Source: Pedosphaera sp.
GTDB taxonomy: Bacteria; Verrucomicrobiota; Verrucomicrobiia; Limisphaerales; UBA1100
Assembly: GCA_009695465.1 (NCBI GenBank)
Contig: SIAW01000001.1
Location: 7,092-71,091, forward strand
Reading direction: 5' to 3'
DNA length: 64,000 bases
Under the pieces are notes generated by a model. It saw only the letters and a program-made list of their open reading frames with translations. It made no database searches and was not told where the DNA came from. The position numbers were made by a program, and so were the translations under genes. Shown in pieces: positions 9,321-19,061 of the stretch (positions are counted from its first letter, which is position 1; each line of letters starts with the position of its first letter).

Positions 9321-11333
9321 ATGCAGCAACGCCTCGGCCAATTTTTAGACTTCGGCTTGCGGCATTTCTATTGGGGTTGGGGAGCAGTGGTGCTGGCGTT
9401 CTGGGCGTGGCTTGCCGCCGATGCGTTGGGCAAAAAGCATCTGCCGGTTTGGCTGTCACAATGGCTGGGAGCCGCGTTGCTCGCGGCGCAGATCCTCCTC
9501 CTCGTGACGCTGCGCAGCAAAGTTTCTGCGCGCGGAGGATTCGCCGCCTTGCCCGTGCGCGCGCGCAACACATGGCTGGCACTGGCAGCGATGCCATTCA
9601 TTATGGCGTGCGGTGTCGCGTGGAGTTTCCTTTGGTACGCCAAGCAGACCAGTGGCGGCGATATTCCACCGCACATCTATTGGGGCAGTTTTATTTTTGG
9701 AGCGATCACGCCGCTCGCACTGTTGCTGGGCATTCGCTGGCTGCGCGATGAACTGCACTGGCCGCAGTGGTCGTCGTGGGCGCTGGCATCGGTGGCGCTA
9801 CTGCCGCTGTGGCAACTGCTGCTTCATGCGATGGAAGGGGGCGGGCCAAGTCCATTGCGCGCCACCGTGGGTTGGGGCGGCGGGCTGGTAATTTTTCTGG
9901 TGGGCATGCTGTGGACGATCTGGATTGTGGACATGCGAACGCGGTTGCGCGAGGAGCAGCAGCGCGGCATCGTCGCTGCACTGGGCGACGCGCCATCTTC
10001 GCGAAGCTTTGCGGTGACATTTACGTTGGCGCTGTGCCTGGGTTTCGCCGGTGCGGATCGCTTCTATGTGAGGCGATGGATTTTGGCGGCGCTCAAATGC
10101 CTCGCCGGCGTGGGCTCGGTGTTTGCGGCGCGGGAAATTCCAGCGCCGTGGGGCGGGGTGCTCATCGGCATCGGTGTCAGTTGGTGGCTGGCCGATCTCT
10201 TCCTGTTGACCGCTGGAAAATACGTCGGCGAAAATGGACGGCGCGTGCTGAGCCAATCTTGGAAACGGGAGCAGCGGTCGGCTATCAGCCCGTTGGCGGC
10301 GATGGATCATTCATCCATCCCAGCGGATAAACACGCGGCCAGCCCGTTTGATTTGAACGCGTGGTACTACGGCGCCCACAATCAGAAGCTCAAACAATCG
10401 TTCGGCGCGCTCTCCACCTACAGCCTGCTTTTCTTGGGCATCCTGATGGCGCTCTCCAATCTGACGGGATGCCAGCAGATCTATGAATTGCCGGCCGGCG
10501 GCGGGAAGGCGCAGATGCCGCAGAAGGTGCAGGTGATCAAGCAGATCATCCGCAAAAAATTTGTCGTCAATCCGTTCAGCTCAATCCTGTTCAATCCGCC
10601 GCCCATCGAGCAGGTGAAATTGCGGTTGGAACAGTTGACGCAGCATGTTTACAAGGCCGGCCAAGGCGAGGGACAGAACGCGGGTTTTGCCGGCGGCACG
10701 GGCCAGGGGATGGTGCGGTTCATCCGCCTGCGCTATGCCGATGGCGATTGGGACCAGGACTTGGAGCTGAACTCCGATCTCAACATGCTCATCTGGTACG
10801 CGGCCAACACCGGGCACAAGACCGCGCCGAAACCGGAGGTCATGAGCATCGCGCAGTTGCGCAGCTTCCCGGTCGGCAAAAGTCCGCCGCTGGTGTATAT
10901 CACCGGGCAGCGCAATCTCCCGTTGACCCCGCTGGAGATCGAGACGTTGCGCGACTATCTGCTGGAGAAACGCGGCATGCTCTTCGCCGACAACGGCGGC
11001 AGCAGCGGTTGGCACAGCCAATTCTTCAGCATGATGCACCAAGTGTTGCAGCGCGTGGAGCCGCGGCCGGTGCCGTTGGATCATCCCATCCACGCGGGGC
11101 TGGGTTCCATCCCCATTGTCGCGCCGCACGGCGGCAGCACCGCCTATGGATGGATGGTTGATGGCCGGCTGGTGGCGTATTATCATCCTGGCGATATCGG
11201 AGACGCTTGGGCCGATGGCCATGCGGGAGTGAATCTGGGAATTTGGGAAGCAAGCTACCGGCTCGGCGGCAACGTGATGCTTTACGCGCACGCCGAGTAT
11301 AGCAAGTGGCTGCAGGCACAAAGGAAAAAATGA
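9321..11333 (+). CDS. Polytopic membrane protein with a TM2-like segment and a C-terminal DUF4159 domain
   Basis: The ATG at 9321 lies 1 nt after the upstream stop. Several TM helices, including a TM2-like 'GADRFYVRRWILAALKCLAG'. The C-terminal 'IRLRYADGDWDQD...PPLVYITGQRNLPLTPLEIETLRDYLLEKRGMLFADNGG' matches my recollection of DUF4159. Confidence 0.8.
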   Translation: MQQRLGQFLDFGLRHFYWGWGAVVLAFWAWLAADALGKKHLPVWLSQWLGAALLAAQILLLVTLRSKVSARGGFAALPVRARNTWLALAAMPFIMACGVAWSFLWYAKQTSGGDIPPHIYWGSFIFGAITPLALLLGIRWLRDELHWPQWSSWALASVALLPLWQLLLHAMEGGGPSPLRATVGWGGGLVIFLVGMLWTIWIVDMRTRLREEQQRGIVAALGDAPSSRSFAVTFTLALCLGFAGADRFYVRRWILAALKCLAGVGSVFAAREIPAPWGGVLIGIGVSWWLADLFLLTAGKYVGENGRRVLSQSWKREQRSAISPLAAMDHSSIPADKHAASPFDLNAWYYGAHNQKLKQSFGALSTYSLLFLGILMALSNLTGCQQIYELPAGGGKAQMPQKVQVIKQIIRKKFVVNPFSSILFNPPPIEQVKLRLEQLTQHVYKAGQGEGQNAGFAGGTGQGMVRFIRLRYADGDWDQDLELNSDLNMLIWYAANTGHKTAPKPEVMSIAQLRSFPVGKSPPLVYITGQRNLPLTPLEIETLRDYLLEKRGMLFADNGGSSGWHSQFFSMMHQVLQRVEPRPVPLDHPIHAGLGSIPIVAPHGGSTAYGWMVDGRLVAYYHPGDIGDAWADGHAGVNLGIWEASYRLGGNVMLYAHAEYSKWLQAQRKK

Positions 11334-12934
11334 AACGCACTGGACTGGCGATCATCTTGGCGGCGGCAGGGACAGCGATGGCTGCGCCGCTGACTTATCT
11401 GGAGCAGATCCCTGTCGAGACCTTTGCCAAGATGCGCGAGGCCGAGCGCTACCAGTTGAAGGTCGCCGAGAAGTTTTTCATCACCGGCGAATACAAGGCT
11501 GCTGCCTCGGAGTACGAAAAGTTCATGACCTTGTACGACCGCAGCGTCGGCGCGCCCAACGCGCAGTTGATGTGGAGCCATTGCATGGTGCATCAACGCA
11601 AGGTGTACGGCGCCGTCAAAGACGGGTTCCAGTCCGTCATTGATTACTGGCCCGGCTCGCACGAGGCCATGCTCGCGTCCTATCTCATCGGCAAATCCTA
11701 CAACGACATTGGCGAGACGCAGAACGCGGAGAAGGCTTATGCGCGCGTCATCGCCGCGCATCCCACCCATCACGTGGCGGTGTTGGCCAAATGGGATTTG
11801 GCGGACATCTACCGCGTGCGCGCCGACGCGGCCAATCGCGCGAAGATGTGGGAGGACATCGCCTTCAACGCCAAGCGCGACACGCTCAATAATCATTACA
11901 CCCTCTACTCCAGCCGCTACTTGGCCGAGCATCATTTTATGGCGGGCAATTTTGCCGACGGATTGAAATCGCTGCAGACCACTTACAAGGACTTTGGGCT
12001 GGTCAACGCCGCGCACGAAATCGCAATCAGCCCCATCTACACGCTCTCGGGCAACAAGGAGAAAGCCGCGCTGGGATTGAAAGTAGCCGATGACGCCAAT
12101 CAATTTATCCGCTCGCAGGTGCCCGCCGCTACGGATGACGCCGCCATGCAACGCATCCGCGTCTGCTATTATCACATCGCCAGTCTGCACAGCCATGCGC
12201 GCCGCGATAAGGAGGGCTTGGACACCTACGAACAGTTGAGCAAGCTCATCGGCTTGGACGACGGCATCCGCAGCAAGATCGGTCTGTGGCATCAAGCCCG
12301 CGCCCGCTACGAGGAAGCGCGCAAGGTCTATGCCCAATTCAAGGATCCCATCGCCGGACTGCAGGCCACCGCCCTCTCCTTCCGCGAGGAACAGAAATAC
12401 GATCAAGCCGTTGCGGTGTATAACCAGCTCGTCGGCTCGGCAAAAGATCGCGAGGGCGAATGGCACGTGCAGATCGTCACCACATGGCGGCAGGCGCACA
12501 AATGGGACAACGCCGTCGTGGCCTATCAGGCGCTGCTGAAGTCCGTCCCGGAACGTTTCGGCGATTGGTACTGGGGCATGGCCGAATGCTACGAGGCCGC
12601 CGGCAAGCAGAACGAAGCCATCCAGACTTTCCGCCAGTCCGATAAATATCCCGGCGCGTACTTCCGCATGGCCCAGTGTCATCGCCGGCTTAAACAGCAC
12701 AGCGAGGCGCTCGTGCTCTACAACCAGGCGCGCACCGAACCCAGCACCGCGCCCGATGCCTCGTTGCAGATCGGCTACACTTACGAAGAGGCTGGCCAGA
12801 TGGAAAACGCCATCAAATGGTTTCAGCAGACCTGCAAGTTGCACCCCAAATCCAATCAGGCCAGCACGGCCCACGCCCATCTGCAGACCAAGTACAAGAT
12901 CAGCGTCACGCTCGGCGGCGCCGCTGATAAATAA
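11330..12934 (+). CDS. Secreted TPR-repeat protein
   Basis: Signal peptide MKRTGLAIILAAAGTAMAAP, followed by TPR-like helical repeats throughout. ATGA overlap with the upstream stop at 11330-11333. Confidence 0.85.
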   Translation: MKRTGLAIILAAAGTAMAAPLTYLEQIPVETFAKMREAERYQLKVAEKFFITGEYKAAASEYEKFMTLYDRSVGAPNAQLMWSHCMVHQRKVYGAVKDGFQSVIDYWPGSHEAMLASYLIGKSYNDIGETQNAEKAYARVIAAHPTHHVAVLAKWDLADIYRVRADAANRAKMWEDIAFNAKRDTLNNHYTLYSSRYLAEHHFMAGNFADGLKSLQTTYKDFGLVNAAHEIAISPIYTLSGNKEKAALGLKVADDANQFIRSQVPAATDDAAMQRIRVCYYHIASLHSHARRDKEGLDTYEQLSKLIGLDDGIRSKIGLWHQARARYEEARKVYAQFKDPIAGLQATALSFREEQKYDQAVAVYNQLVGSAKDREGEWHVQIVTTWRQAHKWDNAVVAYQALLKSVPERFGDWYWGMAECYEAAGKQNEAIQTFRQSDKYPGAYFRMAQCHRRLKQHSEALVLYNQARTEPSTAPDASLQIGYTYEEAGQMENAIKWFQQTCKLHPKSNQASTAHAHLQTKYKISVTLGGAADK

Positions 12935-12986
12935 CGCAGCCGCGCTGTAGTGCCGCCCCGCCTGCGGCGCACACGGATTCATTCGC

Positions 12987-13886
12987 ATGGAAATTCTGGT
13001 CAGCGGATCGCGCGGATTAGTGGGCGCAGCACTCGTGCCCGCACTGGAATCGGGCGGGCACCGCGTGCGGCGGCTCGTGCGAGAAGGCGGCGAGGGCAAC
13101 GATTGCATTGTGTGGCAGCCGGAGGCCGGCCGCATCGAGCGCGAGAAACTCGCAGGCATTGATGCCGTCATCCATCTCGCGGGCGAACCCATCACCGGCC
13201 GCTGGACCGCCGCCAAAAAACAGCGCATCCGGCAAAGCCGCATCGCGGGCACGCGTTTGCTTGCGGAGACTCTCGCGCAGCTTTCGCCCCGGCCGCGTGT
13301 GTTCCTCTGCGCTTCTGCGATCGGCTACTACGGCGACCGCGCCGACACGTGGCTGGATGAGGACAGCGCGCTGGGCACAGGCTTTCTCGCCGAGGTCTGC
13401 CGCGACTGGGAAGCGGCGGCCGATCCGGCGCGCGTCGCTGGGATCCGCGTGGCAACGATGCGCTTGGGCGTCGTCCTCAGTCGCCACGGTGGTGCGTTGG
13501 GCGCGATGCTGTTGCCCTTTCGGCTGGGGTTTGGCGGACGTGTCGGCACTGGCCAGCAGTGGTGGAGTTGGATTTCCATCGAGGATGTTGTCGGGGGAAT
13601 CCAGCATGCGCTCACTGCGGAAACTTTGAGCGGGCCAGTGAATCTCGTCGCGCCGCAGCCGGTGACAAACACCGAATTCACGCACGCGCTGGGACGTGTA
13701 CTGCGCCGCCCCGCGATCCTGCCAGCACCGGCGGCGTTGCTGCGGTTGGCGCTCGGGGAAATGGCCGATGGACTTCTGCTATCGAGCGCGCGAGTGCGAC
13801 CGGCGCGGCTGCTGGCATCGGGCTACCAATTCCGCCAGTCCGAACTGACACCGGCACTGCGCGTGCTGCTGGAGATTCAGGATTGA
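12987..13886 (+). CDS. YfcH/TIGR01777-type NAD-dependent epimerase-family protein (SDR fold with DUF1731 C-terminus)
   Basis: 'ILVSGSRGLVGAAL' Rossmann motif, 'YYGDRAD..DEDS', 'GTGQQWWSWISIEDVV'. Full-length similarity to the YfcH family from memory. Confidence 0.85.
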   Translation: MEILVSGSRGLVGAALVPALESGGHRVRRLVREGGEGNDCIVWQPEAGRIEREKLAGIDAVIHLAGEPITGRWTAAKKQRIRQSRIAGTRLLAETLAQLSPRPRVFLCASAIGYYGDRADTWLDEDSALGTGFLAEVCRDWEAAADPARVAGIRVATMRLGVVLSRHGGALGAMLLPFRLGFGGRVGTGQQWWSWISIEDVVGGIQHALTAETLSGPVNLVAPQPVTNTEFTHALGRVLRRPAILPAPAALLRLALGEMADGLLLSSARVRPARLLASGYQFRQSELTPALRVLLEIQD

Positions 13887-15043
13887 TGGCGCAGCTCGCC
13901 GTCCAGCCAAACACCGCGTACACGGAACTGGTCATCGAACCAGACCAGATCGGCGCGCTTGCCGGCGGTGATGGAACCAAATTCGCCGTCGCGCCCGAGT
14001 TGGCGCGCGGGGTTGTACGAAGCCATGCGCACGGCGTCCACCAATGTTTGCCCACCCTGCTGCACAGCCGTCTGCACCGCGCGCATCATCGTGAGCGTGC
14101 TCCCGGCCAGTCCCGATCCGTCCACCAACTCAGCCGTGTGCGCAGTGGAGCGCGCGCGCATGCCGAAGAGTTCAAACTCCGTGCCCGGCTTCAGGCCCGC
14201 GCCTTTGGTGGCGTCGGTGATGAGGCAGACGCCGTCGCGGCCCTTCGCGTTGAAGAGCATCTTCATGATGATGGGCGGCACGTGTTTTCCGTCCGCGATG
14301 AGCTCGCAAAGAATTTCGTCGTGCGCCAATGAAAACTCGATCATCCCCGCCCAGCGATACGGCCCGCGCTTGGTGATGGTGCTCATCTGATTAAACGTGT
14401 GCGTGGCGTGATTCAGCCCGGCGCGCATCGCGGGGATGAGCTGCTCGTGATTGGCGTCCGTGTGTCCGCCGCTGGCGATGCTGCCGTTGCGCCGCAGCGC
14501 GCGGATGAGCGCCATCGCGCCCTTCTCCTCCGGCGCGAGCGTCATCTGCGTCACCAACTTGCCGTAACGCAGCAACTCCCGCCATTCCGCGGGCTGACTG
14601 GGCGGGCGCACGTACTGCGGGTTCTGCGCGCCGACGCGCAACGGCGAGATGTACGGCCCCTCCACATGCACGCCGACGATGCGCGAGCCGCCCAGCGATT
14701 GATTGTGCAGCGGCTTTAACGCGGCCAGCACTCGCAGGATGTCCGCGTGCGGCGCGGTGAGCGTCGTGAGCGTCAACGAAGTCGTGCCGCCGCGCAGATG
14801 GAAATCGGTGATGGTGCGGAACGCCTCCGTCGTGGCTTCCATCATGTCGTGGCCCAGCGCGCCGTGGATGTGCAGATCCACAAAACCCGGTGCCAGAAAT
14901 CCACCGCGCAGATCGAGCGCACCGGCAGATTTCTTTGCGCGACCAGCGGTGTGGGTGACGCGATGGATGCGACCGTCACGAATGGAAAGGCTGCCGCGCC
15001 GGATTTCGTCGGGCAGGATGAGCTGCGCGTTGAGAATGTCCAC
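13877..15043 (-). CDS. nagA: N-acetylglucosamine-6-phosphate deacetylase
   Basis: 'GFVDLHIHGALGHDMM' metal-binding motif and amidohydrolase fold along the whole length. GTG start. Confidence 0.9.
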   Translation of the reverse strand: MDILNAQLILPDEIRRGSLSIRDGRIHRVTHTAGRAKKSAGALDLRGGFLAPGFVDLHIHGALGHDMMEATTEAFRTITDFHLRGGTTSLTLTTLTAPHADILRVLAALKPLHNQSLGGSRIVGVHVEGPYISPLRVGAQNPQYVRPPSQPAEWRELLRYGKLVTQMTLAPEEKGAMALIRALRRNGSIASGGHTDANHEQLIPAMRAGLNHATHTFNQMSTITKRGPYRWAGMIEFSLAHDEILCELIADGKHVPPIIMKMLFNAKGRDGVCLITDATKGAGLKPGTEFELFGMRARSTAHTAELVDGSGLAGSTLTMMRAVQTAVQQGGQTLVDAVRMASYNPARQLGRDGEFGSITAGKRADLVWFDDQFRVRGVWLDGELRHQS

Positions 15044-15084
15044 GGCGCGATGATGCGAGGCGCGGCGGCGACAGGCAAACGGAA

Positions 15085-16533
15085 TCAGCCGCGGGCGAAG
15101 ACTTCGCGCACGGCGCGGCCTTTGCCGTCTTCGGTGGCGTAGAAGGGCCGGCGCTCAACATCGAACGCCGTCTTCGGGCTGATGCCCATCGCGGTGAAAA
15201 TGGTCGCGTGCAGATCGGCCACGCTCACGGGATTTTTCACGGCCACGAGCGGGCGCTCGTCCGCGGTGGCGCCGTACACAAAGCCGCGCTTCATTCCGCC
15301 GCCGAACATCACAACACTCGTGCCGCCGGTCCAATGCCGGTGCAGGCCGTAGTGTTTGGCTTCCTGCAACGTCTCGCTCGGCGCAGTGGCTTGATCGCGG
15401 GCGTTGGAGCCGGGGATGCCTTCAATCATCGCGTCACGGCTGAACTCGCTGGCGATGATGACGAGCGTGCGATCGAGCAACCCGCGCGCTTCGAGGTCGA
15501 GCACGAGTTGCGCGATGGGCGCGTCCATCTGTTTGTGCATGCCCGCGACGGTGTCGTGGCCGCTGGCGTGCGTGTCCCAGTGCAGGAACGGCACGTACTC
15601 GGTGGTGACCTCCACAAACCGCGCGCCGTTCTCCACCAATCGCCGCGCGAGCAAACAGCCTTGCCCAAAGCGCCCCGTGTTATACTTGTCAAAACTTTCT
15701 TTCGGCTCCAGCGCGAGGTCGAACGCCGTGCGTTCCTTCGAGCTGATCAGCCGATGCGCATTCTCCATCGAGCGCAGCAACGATTCCTGCTGGTGATCGC
15801 TCATGAATTCGCGATGCGGATTTTTGTCCACGAGCGCACGGAAAAGTTTCTGGCGATTGGCAAAACGGCCCGGCTCCATCCCTTTGGGCGGGCGCACCGA
15901 CTGCGCCGCGTCCTCCGGATACGGCAGGTTCATCGGGCCGAATTCATTCCCAAAAAATCCAGCCGTGGTGAACGCCTTCAACTCCTCCTGCTCGCCCACG
16001 CCTTCCAGCCGCTGGCCGACGTTGATGAACGCGGGCATCACCGCGTTGCGCGGCCCGAGCACGCGCGACATCCACGCGCCCAAGTGCGGCGCGGCCACCG
16101 TCTGCGGCGGCACGTAGCCCGTGTGCCAATGATATTGGTGGCGCGAATGAAGGATGTTCCCGAGATCCGGCTGCACCGCGCTGCGGATGAGCGTCGCGCG
16201 ATCCATCACCTTGGCGATGCGCTCGAGCCCCTGACAAATCTTCACGCCATCCACCGCCGTCGGGATCGCCGGGAATGTGCTGAGAATATTTTTCACCAGC
16301 GCGCCCTTTTCGAAAGGCTGATACCGCTTCGGATCGAACGTCTCCGGCGCCGCCATGCCGCCGCCCATCCACAGCAGGATGCACGCGTCCGCCGTGGGTT
16401 TGGGTTGGACGAACTTTTCGTCGGCGAAAAGTCGCGGCGCGCTCATCGACATCGTGGCCGTCGTGGCGGCGGCGAGCTGCTGCAAGAATTCGCGCCGGGT
16501 GTTTTGAGGATCGAGGGGCGACATGTTCATCAT
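15085..16533 (-). CDS. DUF1501-domain protein (sulfatase-like fold) with a Tat-type signal
   Basis: 'TRREFLQQLAAATTA' twin-arginine-like N-terminus. DUF1501 pattern throughout. It starts 1 nt after the stop of the upstream DUF1553 gene. Confidence 0.9.
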   Translation of the reverse strand: MMNMSPLDPQNTRREFLQQLAAATTATMSMSAPRLFADEKFVQPKPTADACILLWMGGGMAAPETFDPKRYQPFEKGALVKNILSTFPAIPTAVDGVKICQGLERIAKVMDRATLIRSAVQPDLGNILHSRHQYHWHTGYVPPQTVAAPHLGAWMSRVLGPRNAVMPAFINVGQRLEGVGEQEELKAFTTAGFFGNEFGPMNLPYPEDAAQSVRPPKGMEPGRFANRQKLFRALVDKNPHREFMSDHQQESLLRSMENAHRLISSKERTAFDLALEPKESFDKYNTGRFGQGCLLARRLVENGARFVEVTTEYVPFLHWDTHASGHDTVAGMHKQMDAPIAQLVLDLEARGLLDRTLVIIASEFSRDAMIEGIPGSNARDQATAPSETLQEAKHYGLHRHWTGGTSVVMFGGGMKRGFVYGATADERPLVAVKNPVSVADLHATIFTAMGISPKTAFDVERRPFYATEDGKGRAVREVFARG

Positions 16534-16534
16534 A

Positions 16535-18958
16535 TTATCTGACGAGTTGAAACTCCGGTTGCATCATCACCGCCCAGAGCAGGTCTTGTAGTCCTTGGCT
16601 CGTGGGTTGTTCGCCGAGGATTTCGCGCGCGAGCGACATCTCTGCGGCGGTGGGGGTGCGGGACAAGGCAAAGTGATAAAGCCACGTCGCCAACGCATCG
16701 CTGCTCGGCCATTGCTTCGCGAGAATCCGCGCCGCCCCCTGCTCCAATCGCGTGGCGAGAATCTGGCCGTTGTTCAAATCAATCGCCTCCAGCGTGGTCA
16801 ACTCACTGGGACGGACGCTGACGATTTGCTCGCGGTGCGGACGCCCCAATGCGCGCATGAAGAAATCATTTTTCATCAGCGCCGCGCGGACCATCGGCTG
16901 CGTGGCCGTGGCCGCCTGCGCCAGTTGCATGGCCAGTTGTTTGCCCACGCGCGCATTCCACAATGCCGAGTTGGGCACCTCCACGGCTGCTTGCCAGTCG
17001 GCCGGCTCCACCTTGAACTTGCCCTTCGCGTCGGGCTGCGACTGCGTGGATTGCCACGAGGCATCCGTCGCAATCGTGACGACCGTGCCGTCGGCCAGTT
17101 GGATGCGCGCCTCGAAAATGACACCGGCGGGATTCGGGCCAGCGCCGCCATTTTTGGCCACGAGCACAATCTCGTTCGCGCCCGCTTTAAGCCGCGATTC
17201 CAGCGGGATGGCCTCTGGGTTTTCCCAGTTGTCGCCCGCCGCCGCGCGCGTGCCGTTGATGTAGAGGATAAAACTATTGTCCGCCGCGGCCACGGCTCCG
17301 GCGCGGACGGGCGCCGAGGCGAGCGTGAACTTTTTCTGCGCAACCAACGTCTCGCCGGCCTTTGCGTTGCCCGCATCGGCATGCGACCAGATCCAGCGCG
17401 CCGCGAGTTTCATTTCGCTCACGGTTTGGGTGCTGACCTTGCCGCGCACGACTTGCGCATCAAACCGCGTCGGCGCAGTGCCCGTGACTTGCCACACCGC
17501 ATCCACGAATTGCTCGGCGGTCAACCGCTTGGCGCGCGGCCCGGCGTAAAAGTAGCCGCGCTCGTCCGCGTCGCGGCCCAGCACCTGCGCGCGCGATTGA
17601 TACGCCGCAGAGGTGGCGATGAGTTCCAATGTTTTCTTCAGGTCAAATTGATTGTCCGCCAAATGCACGGCGAGATAGTCCAGCAAGTCGTGGCTCCACG
17701 GCTCGGTCTGCATCGCGTCGGTGGGATGCACAATGCCGCGGCCCATGAGCCGATGCCAAAATCGGTTGACGATCGTGCGCGTGAACCGCCCATTCTCCGG
17801 ATGCGTCATCAGCGCGGCGAGCTGCTTGAGCCGCTCCGGCTGCGGCGCAGTCGCGTTCACCTCGCCCAATTCCGGGAAAAGCCAGCCCGCCTTTGCGGTC
17901 TTGCCGAGCGGCTTGTCGCAACGGTGCAGCTCCAACTTGCCCGTCGCATAAATCGCCGCCAACCCGAACGATTCCTCGAGCTTCCAACGGTCAATGAAAC
18001 TGTCGTGGCACGAGGCGCACTTGAGGTTGATGCCCAGAAAACTCTGCCCCACCGACTGTGCGAATTGAATCTCCGGCGTCGCGCCCGCGCTCACATCGCC
18101 GCGCCAGCGGATGCCCGCCGCGAAACCCTCGCTCTCCGGCGTGTACGCGATCAACTCGCGCGCGAACTGGTCGTAGGTTTTGTTTTCCACCAACGCGCGG
18201 TAAAGCCAGCCGGTGATCTGCTTGCGACCACCCGTGATGAAGCCCGTGCCGGAATAATCGTTTCGCAACAGGTCATTCCAGAACGTCAGCCAATGCTCCG
18301 CGTAGGCCGTGTTGTTGGCGAGCAGCTCGCGCACGAGGCGCGCGCGTTTGTCGGCGGATTTGTCAGCGAGGAATTTCTCCAGCGCCACCGGCTCCGGCAA
18401 CAGGCCGACGAGATCCAAGTGCGCGCGGCGCGCGAACGTCCCGTCGTCAATCGGCGCGGGCCGCGGTGATTTGTGCTGCGCGAGATGCGCGTCGAGAATG
18501 CGATCCACGGCGTTCGTGCGCCCCGCGACTGCGGGCGGCAACACTGGGCGGCGCGGCCGCAGCGGCGGCTCGTATCCCGCTTTTTTGAACGCGAACCCCT
18601 CGTCCCACGGCAGGCCCGCATCAATCCACCCGCGCAGCAACGCCACCTTTTCCGGCGAAAGCCGCGCGCCCTTCGGCGGCATCTGCTTCTCTGCATCCTT
18701 CGAAGTAATGGCCGCGATGAGCTTGGATTTCGCGCTATCGCCGGCGATGACCACCTTGCCGTTCTCGCCACCCGCGAGCAGATCGGCGCGCGTGTTCATC
18801 GAAAGCCCACCCTTCTTTTTGTCCCCCGTGTGACACTCCGCGCAATGCTCGCGCAGCACGGGCACGATCTGATGCGCAAAATCCAACGGCGCCGCTCCAG
18901 CGTGGATTGCGCCGAGCGTGAGGAGTAATGCAAACGCCAATCGAAAGCAGTTGGCCAT
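16535..18958 (-). CDS. PSCyt1/DUF1549/DUF1553 (planctomycete cytochrome-c-domain) protein with an inserted beta-sandwich module
   Basis: Signal peptide MANCFRLAFALLLTLGAIHA. 'CAECHTGDKKKGGLSM' heme-binding-like motif. DUF1549 and DUF1553 regions. Start taken at ATG 18958 rather than the track start at 19087. Confidence 0.88.
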   Translation of the reverse strand: MANCFRLAFALLLTLGAIHAGAAPLDFAHQIVPVLREHCAECHTGDKKKGGLSMNTRADLLAGGENGKVVIAGDSAKSKLIAAITSKDAEKQMPPKGARLSPEKVALLRGWIDAGLPWDEGFAFKKAGYEPPLRPRRPVLPPAVAGRTNAVDRILDAHLAQHKSPRPAPIDDGTFARRAHLDLVGLLPEPVALEKFLADKSADKRARLVRELLANNTAYAEHWLTFWNDLLRNDYSGTGFITGGRKQITGWLYRALVENKTYDQFARELIAYTPESEGFAAGIRWRGDVSAGATPEIQFAQSVGQSFLGINLKCASCHDSFIDRWKLEESFGLAAIYATGKLELHRCDKPLGKTAKAGWLFPELGEVNATAPQPERLKQLAALMTHPENGRFTRTIVNRFWHRLMGRGIVHPTDAMQTEPWSHDLLDYLAVHLADNQFDLKKTLELIATSAAYQSRAQVLGRDADERGYFYAGPRAKRLTAEQFVDAVWQVTGTAPTRFDAQVVRGKVSTQTVSEMKLAARWIWSHADAGNAKAGETLVAQKKFTLASAPVRAGAVAAADNSFILYINGTRAAAGDNWENPEAIPLESRLKAGANEIVLVAKNGGAGPNPAGVIFEARIQLADGTVVTIATDASWQSTQSQPDAKGKFKVEPADWQAAVEVPNSALWNARVGKQLAMQLAQAATATQPMVRAALMKNDFFMRALGRPHREQIVSVRPSELTTLEAIDLNNGQILATRLEQGAARILAKQWPSSDALATWLYHFALSRTPTAAEMSLAREILGEQPTSQGLQDLLWAVMMQPEFQLVR

Positions 18959-19061
18959 GCGCGCAGGATGACTTGGGCGCGGGATGCAGACCAGCACTCT
19001 TTGACAGACGTGCGCCGGCGCCGGCGGGGTTTGACAGGATGCGGGCGAGGGCGGCACTGTG

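Noticed and set aside
12950-12972. Possible terminator hairpin after the TPR gene (GTGCCGC...GCGGCGCAC)
   Set aside because: Base pairing is imperfect (it needs bulges) and no T-run follows, so it is not convincing as an intrinsic terminator.
11282-13252. 656-aa minus-strand ORF covering the TPR gene and the start of the epimerase-family gene
   Set aside because: It spans two well-supported plus-strand genes and their intergenic gap, and its product is a low-complexity Arg/Gly/Ala-rich sequence. Shadow ORF.
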